Shown here in pieces: positions 10,339 to 20,160 of a DNA stretch of 64,000 nt. The stretch's first letter is position 1, and the number at the start of each line of letters is the position of its first letter. Origin of the DNA: Candidatus Heimdallarchaeota archaeon. Lineage in GTDB: Archaea; Asgardarchaeota; Heimdallarchaeia; Hodarchaeales; Hodarchaeaceae. The notes beneath the pieces are model-generated. The model did not search any database, was not told the DNA's origin, and worked only from the letters and a program-made list of their open reading frames with translations. Location: assembly GCA_011364965.1 (NCBI GenBank), contig RDOB01000001.1, forward strand, positions 160,001-224,000, written 5' to 3'. The position numbers were made by a program, and so were the translations under genes.

Positions 10339-10507
10339 ATCAAATCAGAAAAACTTAGTAGCATAAGGCTTTATTTATTTTTTCAGAGGAATTTATTAAA
10401 TAAATAATAACACCCATATTTATTGCTAAATTAGATAATCCTTTTATCTTGGGATACAATTCTTTAAATAAAAATAAACTTTCCTTATATAACAGAATGT
10501 GAATTAT

Positions 10508-10732
10508 ATGGCTAAATGTCCTGAATGCGGTGGAGCTGCAAAATGGCAATCACCTTTCTATGTTTGTACAGTCTGCGGACTGGCCCTACGCCGCCGAGAA
10601 TACGAAAGATATCACGATAGACTAAAAGAACAAGTTTTTGAGGCACAAATTGACAAAGAAGAAGATGAATTTAGAAAAAGATCGAAACGACATAAAGATT
10701 ATGAAGATTGGTTTCTTGGATCAAAAAAATAA
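10508..10732 (+). CDS. Small zinc-ribbon protein
   Basis: CPECGG...CTVCG followed by a charged helix; ends DYEDWFLGSKK. Confidence 0.75.
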   Translation: MAKCPECGGAAKWQSPFYVCTVCGLALRRREYERYHDRLKEQVFEAQIDKEEDEFRKRSKRHKDYEDWFLGSKK

Positions 10733-10800
10733 CGCTAGAAAGCAAATTAGACAATCAAAAGAAAGATTAGTAACTCAGGAATAGCTCAAACGCAACTTAA

Positions 10801-10878
10801 TCAAGTATCAGAACTTATATTTCATCCCAATATCAAATAATTAGCACACTTTAGGGGATTCGGTTAACCATCACTTGA
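10801..10878 (-). ncRNA. Candidate box C/D sRNA
   Basis: C GUGAUGG (10874-68), D' CUAA, C' GGGAUGA, D CUGA (10811-08); ends complementary (UCAAGU/ACUUGA); boxes degenerate. Confidence 0.4.
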
Positions 10879-10993
10879 GATAACAGGTTTAAGCTTTCAA
10901 AAGAACCAAGAGAATAATTAACTTAATGAGTTTTTATTTATAAGGAGAGAAGAGCATTTTTTTACTTGTACATAATACCCATATTGAACTTGA

Positions 10994-11125
10994 GGACTCG
11001 TGGCTCAGCATGGATAGAGCATCTGCCTCCGGATTGCATCTTTCTAATAGCAAGGGGACAGTAGAAGGTCGGGGGTTCAAAATCCAAATCTATGAAGGAT
11101 ATGGAGGAAATTCCCCCCGGGTCCG
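10994..11125 (+). tRNA. tRNA-Arg(CCG) with two introns: 37/38 (11033-11059) and T-loop 59/60 (11082-11111)
   Basis: Acceptor GGACTCG/CGGGTCC; BHB at both introns; spliced loops are CTCCGGA and TTCAAAT. Confidence 0.9.
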
Positions 11126-11397
11126 CTGTTCTAAGCAAATACTTCTTGGCAAAGTTTCCTTATATAGAAAGAGAGGTAAATTAAAAATTATTACATGATT
11201 AAATTTCATATATGAACCAATTTGCAAGTATTTAATTTGTCTGTCAAGTTTCATTATCGATAAAGAGATTTATTTAATGTATAAAAAGAAGATATCACTA
11301 TTGTTGTTTGGATTAAGATTTATTCAAGTTGCCAAAACATCAAGCTGCTCATCAGTATACGAAGAAAAGGAAGGGATAATAAGGAGGATTAGGAATA

Positions 11398-11544
11398 TGG
11401 GTTCGGGGGGAATTTCGTCTAGAACCGCAGAGAGTCTAGATTTCGAACCCCCGAGTTTACGTAATCAAGGAATTTCCTTTTTGGCTTCCTTGAATAACTC
11501 GCGCGCCCCAGGCGCGGATCCTAGCCAAGCTAGACCACGAACCC
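11398..11544 (-). tRNA. tRNA-Pro(GGG) with a variable-loop intron (~11456-11497) and a T-loop 59/60 intron (11412-11441)
   Basis: Acceptor GGGTTCG/CGAACCC; anticodon arm CGCGC-CTGGGGC-GCGCG; perfect BHB TTCG-AAA-TCTAGA/TCTAGA-CGAA-ATT; V-loop intron boundary approximate. Confidence 0.88.
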
Positions 11545-11751
11545 CAACATTTTTGTTTGTTATTTCAACAAAATTTATGGATTCTTTTTTAATTTGGGGA
11601 TTGATTCATCCTAATCTCTACTATCACCTAAATCATCTTTTTTTAAAAAGTTGTTCTATTTTCGCTCTCGTGTATTATAAACTAAAGAAATTTGAAAGGA
11701 AATTAAACTCCCAAACATTGACGCATGATTTAATGGAGACGATCAAAAAAG

Positions 11752-12858
11752 TTGGAATTTCAGTCCAAAATATTACCAAAACGAGAGACGTCTGTAAAAA
11801 GCGCCCCTAAAATGCAATCACTAGTATTGCTACCAGTTGGATATCCATTGAGAGCAGGTGAGGAACCCGCACCTTTCTTGACAACAGATGATCCCACTTT
11901 GTTTCAACATTATGCTCGAAGTCAATGGACAGGATTAGTGGTCAGAAAAGGGCATTTCCTTTTCGATTCATTACTATTTCCTGATTATGCTTTTCGTGCA
12001 ATTTCTGTTAATCCAGAGGAATCTCAAATAACAAAAGATACGAAAATTAGTTTATTTTCTGAACAAACAACAGAACCTCCAATACATTCCGCGATTATTG
12101 ATATCAAATTTGAAGATGTTATTGGCCAAAAACAAGCAAAAGAAAAATGTCAGATCATTGCGAAATTTTTGAGTAACTCCGATCTCTTAAACTCTTCTTG
12201 GGCCCCAAAAAACATCCTGTTTTGGGGACCTCCGGGAAATGGGAAAACAATGATGGCTCAAGCATTATCCAACGAAACTTCGCATACAATTCTTCTCGTT
12301 AAGGCAACTGACTTATTAGGCATTTATGTTGGTGATGGTGCAAGAAAGATTAGAAATTTATATGCTGAAGCCCGAAAGGAAGCTCCTTCTCTTGTTTTCA
12401 TTGATGAAATTGATGCTATAGGACTAAAACGTAATTTTCAAAGCATTCGAGGGGATGTGGTAGAGTTGGTCAGTGCACTTCTTGGGGAATTAGATGGTAT
12501 TGATAAGAACCAAGGAGTGGTAACAATTGCGTCAACCAATCAACCTCAAATACTTGACTCGGCTATTTTAAATCGATTTGAGGAATTAATTGAATTTAGA
12601 TTGCCAAATAACAAAGAAAGAAAGCAAATTTTGGAATATTATGCCTCTACATCTCCAATCCCTTTCAATAAGATCGATTGGAATACAATCGTTCAAGAAA
12701 CCCAAGATTGGTCTGCCCGTGCTCTTAAAGAAAAAATCATCAAAAATGCCATTCACCAAGCGGTGTTACATGAAAGAGATAGCATTACAACAGAATTAAT
12801 TTGGGAGTGTTTGAAAAAATCTTCTGAGATTACAGAGGCACTTCCGCACTATTCTTAG
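11752..12858 (+). CDS. AAA+ ATPase (archaeal single-AAA family, COG1223-like)
   Basis: Walker A GPPGNGKT, Walker B FIDEID, WAPKNILF and SRH STN...LDSAILNRF. Confidence 0.88.
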   Translation: MEFQSKILPKRETSVKSAPKMQSLVLLPVGYPLRAGEEPAPFLTTDDPTLFQHYARSQWTGLVVRKGHFLFDSLLFPDYAFRAISVNPEESQITKDTKISLFSEQTTEPPIHSAIIDIKFEDVIGQKQAKEKCQIIAKFLSNSDLLNSSWAPKNILFWGPPGNGKTMMAQALSNETSHTILLVKATDLLGIYVGDGARKIRNLYAEARKEAPSLVFIDEIDAIGLKRNFQSIRGDVVELVSALLGELDGIDKNQGVVTIASTNQPQILDSAILNRFEELIEFRLPNNKERKQILEYYASTSPIPFNKIDWNTIVQETQDWSARALKEKIIKNAIHQAVLHERDSITTELIWECLKKSSEITEALPHYS

Positions 12859-12883
12859 TGGAGTTTAATTAAAGGATTTTAAA

Positions 12884-14011
12884 ATGCCAGAGCTAATGGA
12901 AACATCCCCTCGTTTTTTCTTTTTGCTTTCTGGTGAAAATCCAGAACTAGCGGTTTATGAACTTAACTGTGTAATTTCGATTTTTATAGATAACAAGCAT
13001 CTTAAAATATCGACAAATCAGGATAATAGAATTCTCAATATTACATTTTCAACCGAATTTGATAGAAATGCGATACTAGATAATATTAGATTAATAACAC
13101 ACAGAGTAACAATGGTTCACTTTTGCTGTGAAACATTTTTTACCCAAGAGTTTACAAATACGCCATTGGACTTCAATGAGTTGAAAGAAATTATACCTAA
13201 AGAAGTTTTTTTAAATTTAGATTGTAAAAAATCATTTTCTTTTATCACGAAACGAATTGGAGAACCTGTAGGAATTTTTAAACATAGTTGGGTTTCACCT
13301 AAATTCTCAGAGCATTTAGGTCATCTAGTTCAACAGAACTTTCCATCCAAAAAAGTGAAGCTAGATTCCCCTGAGGAACAATATATAGTTCTGCTGAATC
13401 AGAATGGAATTTGGTGTGGGAAAAAAATTTTCCACTCTTTAAGAGACAAGGTGAGACAAAGAACATCACGTAAAAGACCATTCTTCCATCCTAGTTCCAT
13501 GAATCCGATATTACAACGTACTCTTATAAATCTTAGTGCAATAAAAGAAAAAGAATGGTTATTAGACCCATTTTGTGGATCTGGAGGAGCATTACTAGAA
13601 TCTGCGAGATTAGGTATCAAATCTATTGGAATAGAAATTGATAAGCGAATAATCTGGGGTTCACGTCAAAATCTACAATGTGAAACTGAGAGTTTTCCAC
13701 GGACTCATTTAATTTTTGGGGACGCTAAGAGTCTTCCTATTAAAACTGAATCGATATGTGGAGTAGTCACTGATCCCCCTTATGGTACTGCCTCATCAAC
13801 ACAAGGTTTTGATTTGTCGGACTTACTTATAGCCTTTTTTCAAGAAATATCACAAATTTTAGGTTCAGGAAAACGTATTGTTATTGCAGTTCCTGCAGAA
13901 ATAAATATTGAGAACTTAGCAGCAAATATATTAAACGCGTCATTTAGGGTTTTTTATCAATATGTACACAGATCGTTAACACGTAAAATAATAGTATTTA
14001 TTTTAAATTAA
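12884..14011 (+). CDS. trm11: tRNA m2G10 methyltransferase (THUMP + MTase, Trm11/TrmG10)
   Basis: LLSGENPELA, RPFFHPSSM, LDPFCGSGG, TDPPYG and VHRSLTR. Confidence 0.88.
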   Translation: MPELMETSPRFFFLLSGENPELAVYELNCVISIFIDNKHLKISTNQDNRILNITFSTEFDRNAILDNIRLITHRVTMVHFCCETFFTQEFTNTPLDFNELKEIIPKEVFLNLDCKKSFSFITKRIGEPVGIFKHSWVSPKFSEHLGHLVQQNFPSKKVKLDSPEEQYIVLLNQNGIWCGKKIFHSLRDKVRQRTSRKRPFFHPSSMNPILQRTLINLSAIKEKEWLLDPFCGSGGALLESARLGIKSIGIEIDKRIIWGSRQNLQCETESFPRTHLIFGDAKSLPIKTESICGVVTDPPYGTASSTQGFDLSDLLIAFFQEISQILGSGKRIVIAVPAEINIENLAANILNASFRVFYQYVHRSLTRKIIVFILN

Positions 14012-14330
14012 ATAATATTTCCTCAAGATTTATACTGAAATTTCAACATTCTGTATTTGAGTAATTAAGAATTATATTATCATTTCTGTGAATTGAATTC
14101 TTCATATATCAATAAAGAGATATAATAATTGTGGAAAATTTAATCGCGCAAAAAATATTCACAAAACCTAGTCATTTAAAAGAAAGTGAAGATTGATTTA
14201 AATGATAGGAAAGTAGTGAAAAGTGATCCTGAGTGAGCTGACTTAAATATAAGTAAGCCTACCATGATAATTTGCAAAAAATCCTTCATATCAATATTAA
14301 TATCTTATATTAGTTTGCTGGTATGAACAA

Positions 14331-16238
14331 ATGGAAAAATTATTAACTAAAGCAATTGATGTAGATATGGAATTTGAAACTACGCAAGAAATTCCTATTC
14401 CAAGTCGATTGATTGATCAAGTAATCGGGCAGGAAGAAGCTGTTGAGATAATAAAGAAAGCAGCTATTCAACGCCGAAATGTGTTATTAATAGGTGATCC
14501 TGGAACAGGAAAATCAATGTTAGGACAGGCTCTTGCAGAATTATTGCCCAGGGAAGAGCTAGAAGATATTTTATGTCTCCCTAACCAAAATGATAGTCAT
14601 AATCCCCGAATAATGACTGTTCCGACAATGGAAGGCAGAAAAATTGTTGATCATTACAAACAAATTGCTAGAAAAGCTGATCAACAACGAAATATGCTAT
14701 TATTAGGCATTCCAGCCATTGTTATTATAATTGCTCTGGTTTTAAATCTTGATCTATTATTTGCTATCTTTGTTGCTCTTGTTGCGTTCTTTGTTATTGG
14801 TCAATTCCGTGCAAGACGTGAAAATCTAGTTCCGAAGTTGTTGGTAGATAACTCTGAAAGCGCTAGCGCTCCATTTAGTGATGCTACTGGAGCACATGCA
14901 GGAGCTTTATTAGGAGATGTTCGTCATGATCCTTTTCAATCTGGTGGATTAGGAACACCAGCACACGATCGGGTAGAAGCAGGATTAATTCATAAATCAC
15001 ACAAAGGGGTTCTATATATTGACGAAGTAGCTACATTAAATCAGAAAACGCAGCAACAATTGCTAACTGCTATGCAAGATAAACAACTTGCAATAACTGG
15101 GCGATCCGAACTCTCTAGTGGTGCAATGGTTAGAACTGAAGCTGTACCATGTGACTTTGTTTTAGTGGCTTCGGGTAACATCGATACTGTTCGTCGAATG
15201 CATCCAGCTCTGAGATCACGTATCCGAGGATACGGCTATGAAATCGCTGTGAACCATTCAATGCCTGATATTATGGAGAACAGACGGAAAATTGTTAGAT
15301 TTGTTGCTCAAGAAGTTTCGAAAGATGGAAAGATACCTCATTTTTCAAGAACAGCAGTCCTTGCTGTAATTTTGGAAGCAAAAAAGCGTGCAGACAGAAA
15401 AAATCGACTATCATTATATCTGAGAGATCTAGGGGGTCTTATAAGAGCTGCAGGAGATATTGCACGTGAAGAAGGTGTTCCATTTGTTGAACCGCGCCAC
15501 GTATACGGTGCAAGAAATCTCGCACGATCATTGGAAAATCAAATTGCTGATAAGAATATTGAACATAAAAAAGAATACCAAGTAATTCAAACTGCAGGAG
15601 GTATGGTTGGTCGAGTAAATGGCCTTGCAGTGTTAGCTGATCAAACAGGTGGAGCAAGGGGTGGCCATATCACACCAATTGAAGCCCAGGTTACACCTGC
15701 TCAAGGAGCAGGAGGGAAAGTAATTGCTACAGGAAGTCTCCGAGTTATAGCTAGAGAATCAGTTCAAAATGTTTCAGCACTCATTAAGAAATTTACAGGC
15801 AAAGAAATATCAAAAATGGATGTACATATCCAGTTTTTGGGAACACATGGTATAGATGGAGACAGCGCCAGTGTAACAATAGCAACAGCAATTATGAGTG
15901 ATCTGGTGAATCTACCCGTCAGACAAGACTTAGCAATGACAGGATCATTGTCAGTTAGAGGTGAAGTACTTCCAGTAGGAGGCACAACCGCGAAAATCGA
16001 GGGGGCAGCAGCTGTTGGAATAAAAGATGTAATTATTCCTGCTGCAAACAAAGATGATGTTGTCCTTGATGATAAGGTACGTGAGTCAATTAATATTATA
16101 CCAGTAAAAACCCTCGATGAAGTCTTATCTCTTGCGTTAATTGGCTGGGATAAACGAAAAGAAGTGGCAACATTGTCCTCAACTTCTGTGAAAAAAGATG
16201 TTCCGTCAACTATCCCGAGCTCAGGGTTTCCTACATAA
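14331..16238 (+). CDS. lonB: ATP-dependent protease LonB (membrane anchored)
   Basis: GDPGTGKS, two TM helices inserted in the AAA domain, DPFQSGGLGTP and catalytic DGDSAS...K. Confidence 0.96.
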   Translation: MEKLLTKAIDVDMEFETTQEIPIPSRLIDQVIGQEEAVEIIKKAAIQRRNVLLIGDPGTGKSMLGQALAELLPREELEDILCLPNQNDSHNPRIMTVPTMEGRKIVDHYKQIARKADQQRNMLLLGIPAIVIIIALVLNLDLLFAIFVALVAFFVIGQFRARRENLVPKLLVDNSESASAPFSDATGAHAGALLGDVRHDPFQSGGLGTPAHDRVEAGLIHKSHKGVLYIDEVATLNQKTQQQLLTAMQDKQLAITGRSELSSGAMVRTEAVPCDFVLVASGNIDTVRRMHPALRSRIRGYGYEIAVNHSMPDIMENRRKIVRFVAQEVSKDGKIPHFSRTAVLAVILEAKKRADRKNRLSLYLRDLGGLIRAAGDIAREEGVPFVEPRHVYGARNLARSLENQIADKNIEHKKEYQVIQTAGGMVGRVNGLAVLADQTGGARGGHITPIEAQVTPAQGAGGKVIATGSLRVIARESVQNVSALIKKFTGKEISKMDVHIQFLGTHGIDGDSASVTIATAIMSDLVNLPVRQDLAMTGSLSVRGEVLPVGGTTAKIEGAAAVGIKDVIIPAANKDDVVLDDKVRESINIIPVKTLDEVLSLALIGWDKRKEVATLSSTSVKKDVPSTIPSSGFPT

Positions 16239-16329
16239 TCTTCATCTTTTTTTCGTAAAACACAAAAATGAATTGTGATACTACTTGAATATAGGAAAGA
16301 ACATATAATTCTATCCTTAGAATGAAACA

Positions 16330-16434
16330 GGACCCATGGCTTAGCCTGGATAAAGCGACGGCCTTCTAAGTCGTAGATCGGGGGTTCAAAATCCTGATCC
16401 TTGATGGATTCGGATGAAATTCCCCTTGGGTCCG
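16330..16434 (+). tRNA. tRNA-Arg(TCT) with T-loop 59/60 intron (16391-16420)
   Basis: GGACCCA/TGGGTCC; ACGGC-CTTCTAA-GTCGT; perfect BHB TTCA-AAA-TCC/GGA-TGAA-ATT. Confidence 0.92.
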
Positions 16435-16469
16435 CTTTTTTCAGCGCATTGAAAATATTAAAAGAAATT

Positions 16470-16603
16470 GGACTCGTAGCTCAGCATGGATAGAGCACCT
16501 GCCTCCTAATTGATTGTTTCGATACTCTCAAAGAGCAAGCAGGTGGTCGGGGGTTCAAAATCCTGATCCTTGACGGATTCGGATGAAATTCCCCTCGGGT
16601 CCG
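16470..16603 (+). tRNA. tRNA-Arg(CCT) with 37/38 intron (16509-16537) and T-loop 59/60 intron (16560-16589)
   Basis: GGACTCG/CGGGTCC; CCTGC/GCAGG anticodon stem; BHB motifs; T-tract follows. Confidence 0.92.
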
Positions 16604-16901
16604 CTTTTTTTAAAGCAAATTGTTTGTTAAAGTATCAATTACCAGTTTAAAATCGTTAAAATGGTAAAATTCAGATTAAATTGAGTTGCCAAACTATTTT
16701 TATAATAGGGAGCTAAAATTCCGCGAAAAAACACAATGATCAAATGATCAAAAGGCCTATCACCTTCCTTTCACCAATAATTGTACCTTTAACCATTCAT
16801 TTCTTTTTTGAGAACTTTTTTGTCATATTACGAGAATGATACCTCTTCCTATATTTTTTTGTCGGTTATTTATCACAAGATAAAGAAAGAAGGAAGGTCG
16901 T

Positions 16902-18173
16902 ATGGAATCGATAAAAAACGATATTCTGAACGGAACTGGGTCATTCAAGAATCTGGGGGAATCTAAAAATGAACCTATTTCGTTGTATTCGACATCATCT
17001 CCTAGAATTGATAATGAGATTGCAGATATACTTACTGAAAGACTTCCCCGAGTACAGGTGATTGGTGTGGGAGGTGCTGGTAACAATGCAGTCTATCGTC
17101 TTATGAATACGGAGGTAGACGCTGAATGTGTTGCAGTTAACACAGATGCTCAGCATTTATTATCCACTCGTGCCCATAAAAAGGTATTAATTGGAAAAGA
17201 TACATCTCGCGGTTTTGGAGCAGGAAATAATCCCGAAATAGGTGAGACAGCAGCGAGAGAGTCACTAGATGAGATTAAAAATATGATCCAAGGTAATATG
17301 GTATTTATTACCTGCGGTCTAGGGGGAGGAACTGGAACAGGTGCAGCTCATGTCATCGCAAAGCAAGCAAAAGAAAAAGGAGCTCTCACGGTATCTATTT
17401 GTACTCTTCCTTTTCAAATGGAAGGTGTAAAACGATATGAGAATGCTCGTACTGGTTTGAAAAAACTCTATGAAGCTTCTGATACTGTCATTGTTGTACC
17501 AAATGAAAAGCTCCTCCAAATCTCTGATGATATTACAATGATGGCGGCATTCCGTATTGCTGATGAGGTATTATTACGAGCCGTTAAAGCTATTACAGAG
17601 TTAATTACCAAACCTCAGTTAATCAATCTCGATTTTGCTGATGTGAGGAAGATTTTGACCGAGGGTGGTATGGCTATGATTGGTCTAGGAGAATCAGATC
17701 ATCAACACATGAAGGTTGATGAAGCTGTATTTGAGTCACTTCGAAATCCCCTGCTTGATGATCTGGATATTAGCAGAGCAAAGAAAGGACTAATCTGCGT
17801 CTCTGGAGGCGAAGGGTTAGCTTTAAAAGATGCGGAGGAGGCTGTAATGAAAATAGCAGCTGAAATTGACAACTCAGCAGAAATAATATGGGGAGCTACA
17901 ATTGATCCAGATCTTGGTAATAATATTCGTGTAATAGTTGTCTTGAGCGATGTTCATTCTCCTTTAACAGAGTCGGATGGTCTCTATTATTCTAAAAGTG
18001 ATCTGGAATCACTTCTATCAGATTTAGATTCTCCTTTCTCTGTGATTTCTCCTAAAAAAACTCAAAAACATGAAACAAGAAAGGGTTTTCCTACAGCTCG
18101 GTTTACGATTGAAGAAGAACCTCAAGATCCTGAAAATAAAAAGAATCGAAGAAAGTTTTTTGGATTATTTTAG
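16902..18173 (+). CDS. ftsZ: Cell division GTPase FtsZ
   Basis: GVGGAGNN, NTD, GLGGGTGTG and T7 loop NLDFAD; long C-terminal linker ending RRKFFGLF. Confidence 0.96.
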   Translation: MESIKNDILNGTGSFKNLGESKNEPISLYSTSSPRIDNEIADILTERLPRVQVIGVGGAGNNAVYRLMNTEVDAECVAVNTDAQHLLSTRAHKKVLIGKDTSRGFGAGNNPEIGETAARESLDEIKNMIQGNMVFITCGLGGGTGTGAAHVIAKQAKEKGALTVSICTLPFQMEGVKRYENARTGLKKLYEASDTVIVVPNEKLLQISDDITMMAAFRIADEVLLRAVKAITELITKPQLINLDFADVRKILTEGGMAMIGLGESDHQHMKVDEAVFESLRNPLLDDLDISRAKKGLICVSGGEGLALKDAEEAVMKIAAEIDNSAEIIWGATIDPDLGNNIRVIVVLSDVHSPLTESDGLYYSKSDLESLLSDLDSPFSVISPKKTQKHETRKGFPTARFTIEEEPQDPENKKNRRKFFGLF

Positions 18174-18198
18174 TATGAGCCTTTTCTTCCTTCTTTCT

Positions 18199-18852
18199 TC
18201 ATTCTAATCCTATTTTTTTAGCTAATGTATCCATTCCCTCACCTGTTTTTGTGCTAGTAGGTATTATTGGCAGCTGGGGGTATAATTCATTAGCCCCAAA
18301 TATGATGGAGTTGACGTTAATTTCCATGATTGATGCGAGGTCAATTTTATTTAAAACTGCCAAGTTACCCATCTTAAAAGTTATTGGGTGTTTTCTAAAA
18401 ACATAGGGCCCTTCAGTCACACTTGTAACAACTAATTTGATACCAGCTCCCACATCTGTTGAGGAAGGACAGATTAAATTTCCTACGTTTTCCACAAATA
18501 TGAAATTAAAATCATTCAGATCGACCGATTTAAGCGCAGTTTCAATTTGAAAAGCAAACAAATGACACCCACGACCTGTATTGATTTGTATACAAGTACT
18601 TCCAAATTGACTAATTCTTTGCGCATCAATATCTGTTGCCAAATCTCCATTAATTACAAGTAATTTTCGAGTATTTTCATATTTCTTTGAAAAATATTCA
18701 AGAATAGACGTTTTCCCAGATCCAACGCTCCCCATTATATCAACCATTGGTATGTTATACTCTTTAAGTTTACTCCGAATGCGTTCGGCAATTTGATCGT
18801 TAGCTTCGGATATCTTCTTATCTATATCAATTCTTAAAACCATAAAACTCAA
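18199..18852 (-). CDS. hypB: Hydrogenase nickel incorporation GTPase HypB
   Basis: GSVGSGKT, NTGRGCHL, ENVGNLICP and NKID. Confidence 0.93.
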   Translation of the reverse strand: MSFMVLRIDIDKKISEANDQIAERIRSKLKEYNIPMVDIMGSVGSGKTSILEYFSKKYENTRKLLVINGDLATDIDAQRISQFGSTCIQINTGRGCHLFAFQIETALKSVDLNDFNFIFVENVGNLICPSSTDVGAGIKLVVTSVTEGPYVFRKHPITFKMGNLAVLNKIDLASIMEINVNSIIFGANELYPQLPIIPTSTKTGEGMDTLAKKIGLE

Positions 18853-18986
18853 TTCCCGGAATTAAGTTATTTAACCGCTATTACTATCATATATTTCATA
18901 GATTGCCAGAAGTTATTAATCCTTCTTTTCTATGAGAGTAACAAAGGTTTTTTAAATTACTATTAGGAGCCTTTGATTGGTTTCTA

Positions 18987-19355
18987 ATGCATGAATTTTC
19001 CTTAGCGCAATCAGTTTTTGATACAATTGTTTCTATTGCTGAAAAACAAAACGTAAAAATGATTAAAAAAGTGATCTTAAAATTTGGTATGTTTGCTCTT
19101 GTTCAAGAAGATCAGTTTAAATTTTGTTTTGATATTGTGAAAAAGGATTCCGAAAAAACTCAAAATACAATTCTTGAGATCAAATGGATTCCAGGTGTTC
19201 TTAGATGTTTAGATTGTCAATTTGAGGGGGAAATAAAAAAAGTCCCACAAGACCATATTGAATTAGCTCCCATTTTTAAGTGTCCAAATTGCGATAGCTT
19301 TTCCACCGAGGTATTGTCCGGAACAGAAACTATTATTGATTCTCTATTAGTTTGA
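18987..19355 (+). CDS. hypA: Hydrogenase maturation nickel metallochaperone HypA
   Basis: MHEFSLA N-terminus; CxxC...CPNC. Confidence 0.93.
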   Translation: MHEFSLAQSVFDTIVSIAEKQNVKMIKKVILKFGMFALVQEDQFKFCFDIVKKDSEKTQNTILEIKWIPGVLRCLDCQFEGEIKKVPQDHIELAPIFKCPNCDSFSTEVLSGTETIIDSLLV

Positions 19356-19382
19356 AACAAAAATCTGTAATATTTAATTTAG

Positions 19383-19868
19383 TTACCTTACCACGCAATC
19401 AATACGATTGTTCCTTGGGATAAGTGTGCAATGAAAAGCTAAAGAAGATTCATTTGAAAAGACCTCAATATTTTCTCCGTCCCATTGAACCCTAATTATC
19501 TGTCCAATAAATGTATTCTGCTGAACTCTTGGTTCCCCTTGCATAATAATGGCTGAATTGCTTTGTTGATTAACTAAAACGACATTATTTTGGTTTTGTA
19601 TATCCACTATTCGGCCATCAAGAGGATGGGATTCCTCCCTGATCTCAAATCCCTCTGGAATCCATTTAACACGAGTTCGAACACCAACATTTTGCAGTTG
19701 CTGGAATGCAATAATCCGTACTCCAGATAATATGAATCCAACTTTTTGAGTTCTCTTGTTAAAATCTGCACTTTTATATCCAGATACCTGAAATCCTACA
19801 TTATTTTTAGGAGTATCTGGATTCCATAAACACGAAAGACTTTGTACGATTATTTTCTTAGGAGACAA
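19383..19868 (-). CDS. Hypothetical beta-rich protein
   Basis: 161-aa ORF; GAGGA SD before the TTG; no recognised motif. Confidence 0.6.
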   Translation of the reverse strand: MSPKKIIVQSLSCLWNPDTPKNNVGFQVSGYKSADFNKRTQKVGFILSGVRIIAFQQLQNVGVRTRVKWIPEGFEIREESHPLDGRIVDIQNQNNVVLVNQQSNSAIIMQGEPRVQQNTFIGQIIRVQWDGENIEVFSNESSLAFHCTLIPRNNRIDCVVR

Positions 19869-19992
19869 AAATATTTCCTCAATATGACTCTAGTAAAGCA
19901 ATAAGAATGGATTCTTTGATATTTTCAAATGCTATTATCATTTAAATGATTTTATTTTTCAATTATGACAATCAGAATACGGTAGGCTCATT

Positions 19993-20059
19993 AGAGAGAG
20001 GTCAGTGAAAACAGTAAAATTAACAGTATCAGGCGAAACTGATCATCCTTTATCTCTCT
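19993..20059 (-). ncRNA. Candidate box C/D-like sRNA
   Basis: AGAGAG..AGGAUGA-10nt-CUGA...CUGA-CCUCUCUCU with complementary ends; C' box not recognisable. Confidence 0.3.
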
Positions 20060-20160
20060 TTTTTGGATTTCTGTGATCAATTTAAACTAAAACAATATAA
20101 TGTAAGAATACCAAGACAAATAAATATTAATACAAATAATAATAACTTTGGAGATAGAAA

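Noticed and set aside
11010-11198. 62-aa ORF
   Set aside because: Overlaps the intron-containing tRNA-Arg(CCG); no protein-like features
11277-11810. 177-aa ORF
   Set aside because: Antisense to tRNA-Pro(GGG) and overlaps the AAA ATPase start; spurious
16378-16608. Direct repeat resembling CRISPR or an att site
   Set aside because: Explained by the 3' halves of two tRNA-Arg genes; no cas or integrase genes
16735-16751. AATGATCA tandem repeat upstream of ftsZ
   Set aside because: Too short in AT-rich DNA to call an operator without conservation data
18199-19355. Hydrogenase operon
   Set aside because: Only hypA/hypB are present; no structural hydrogenase genes in the window
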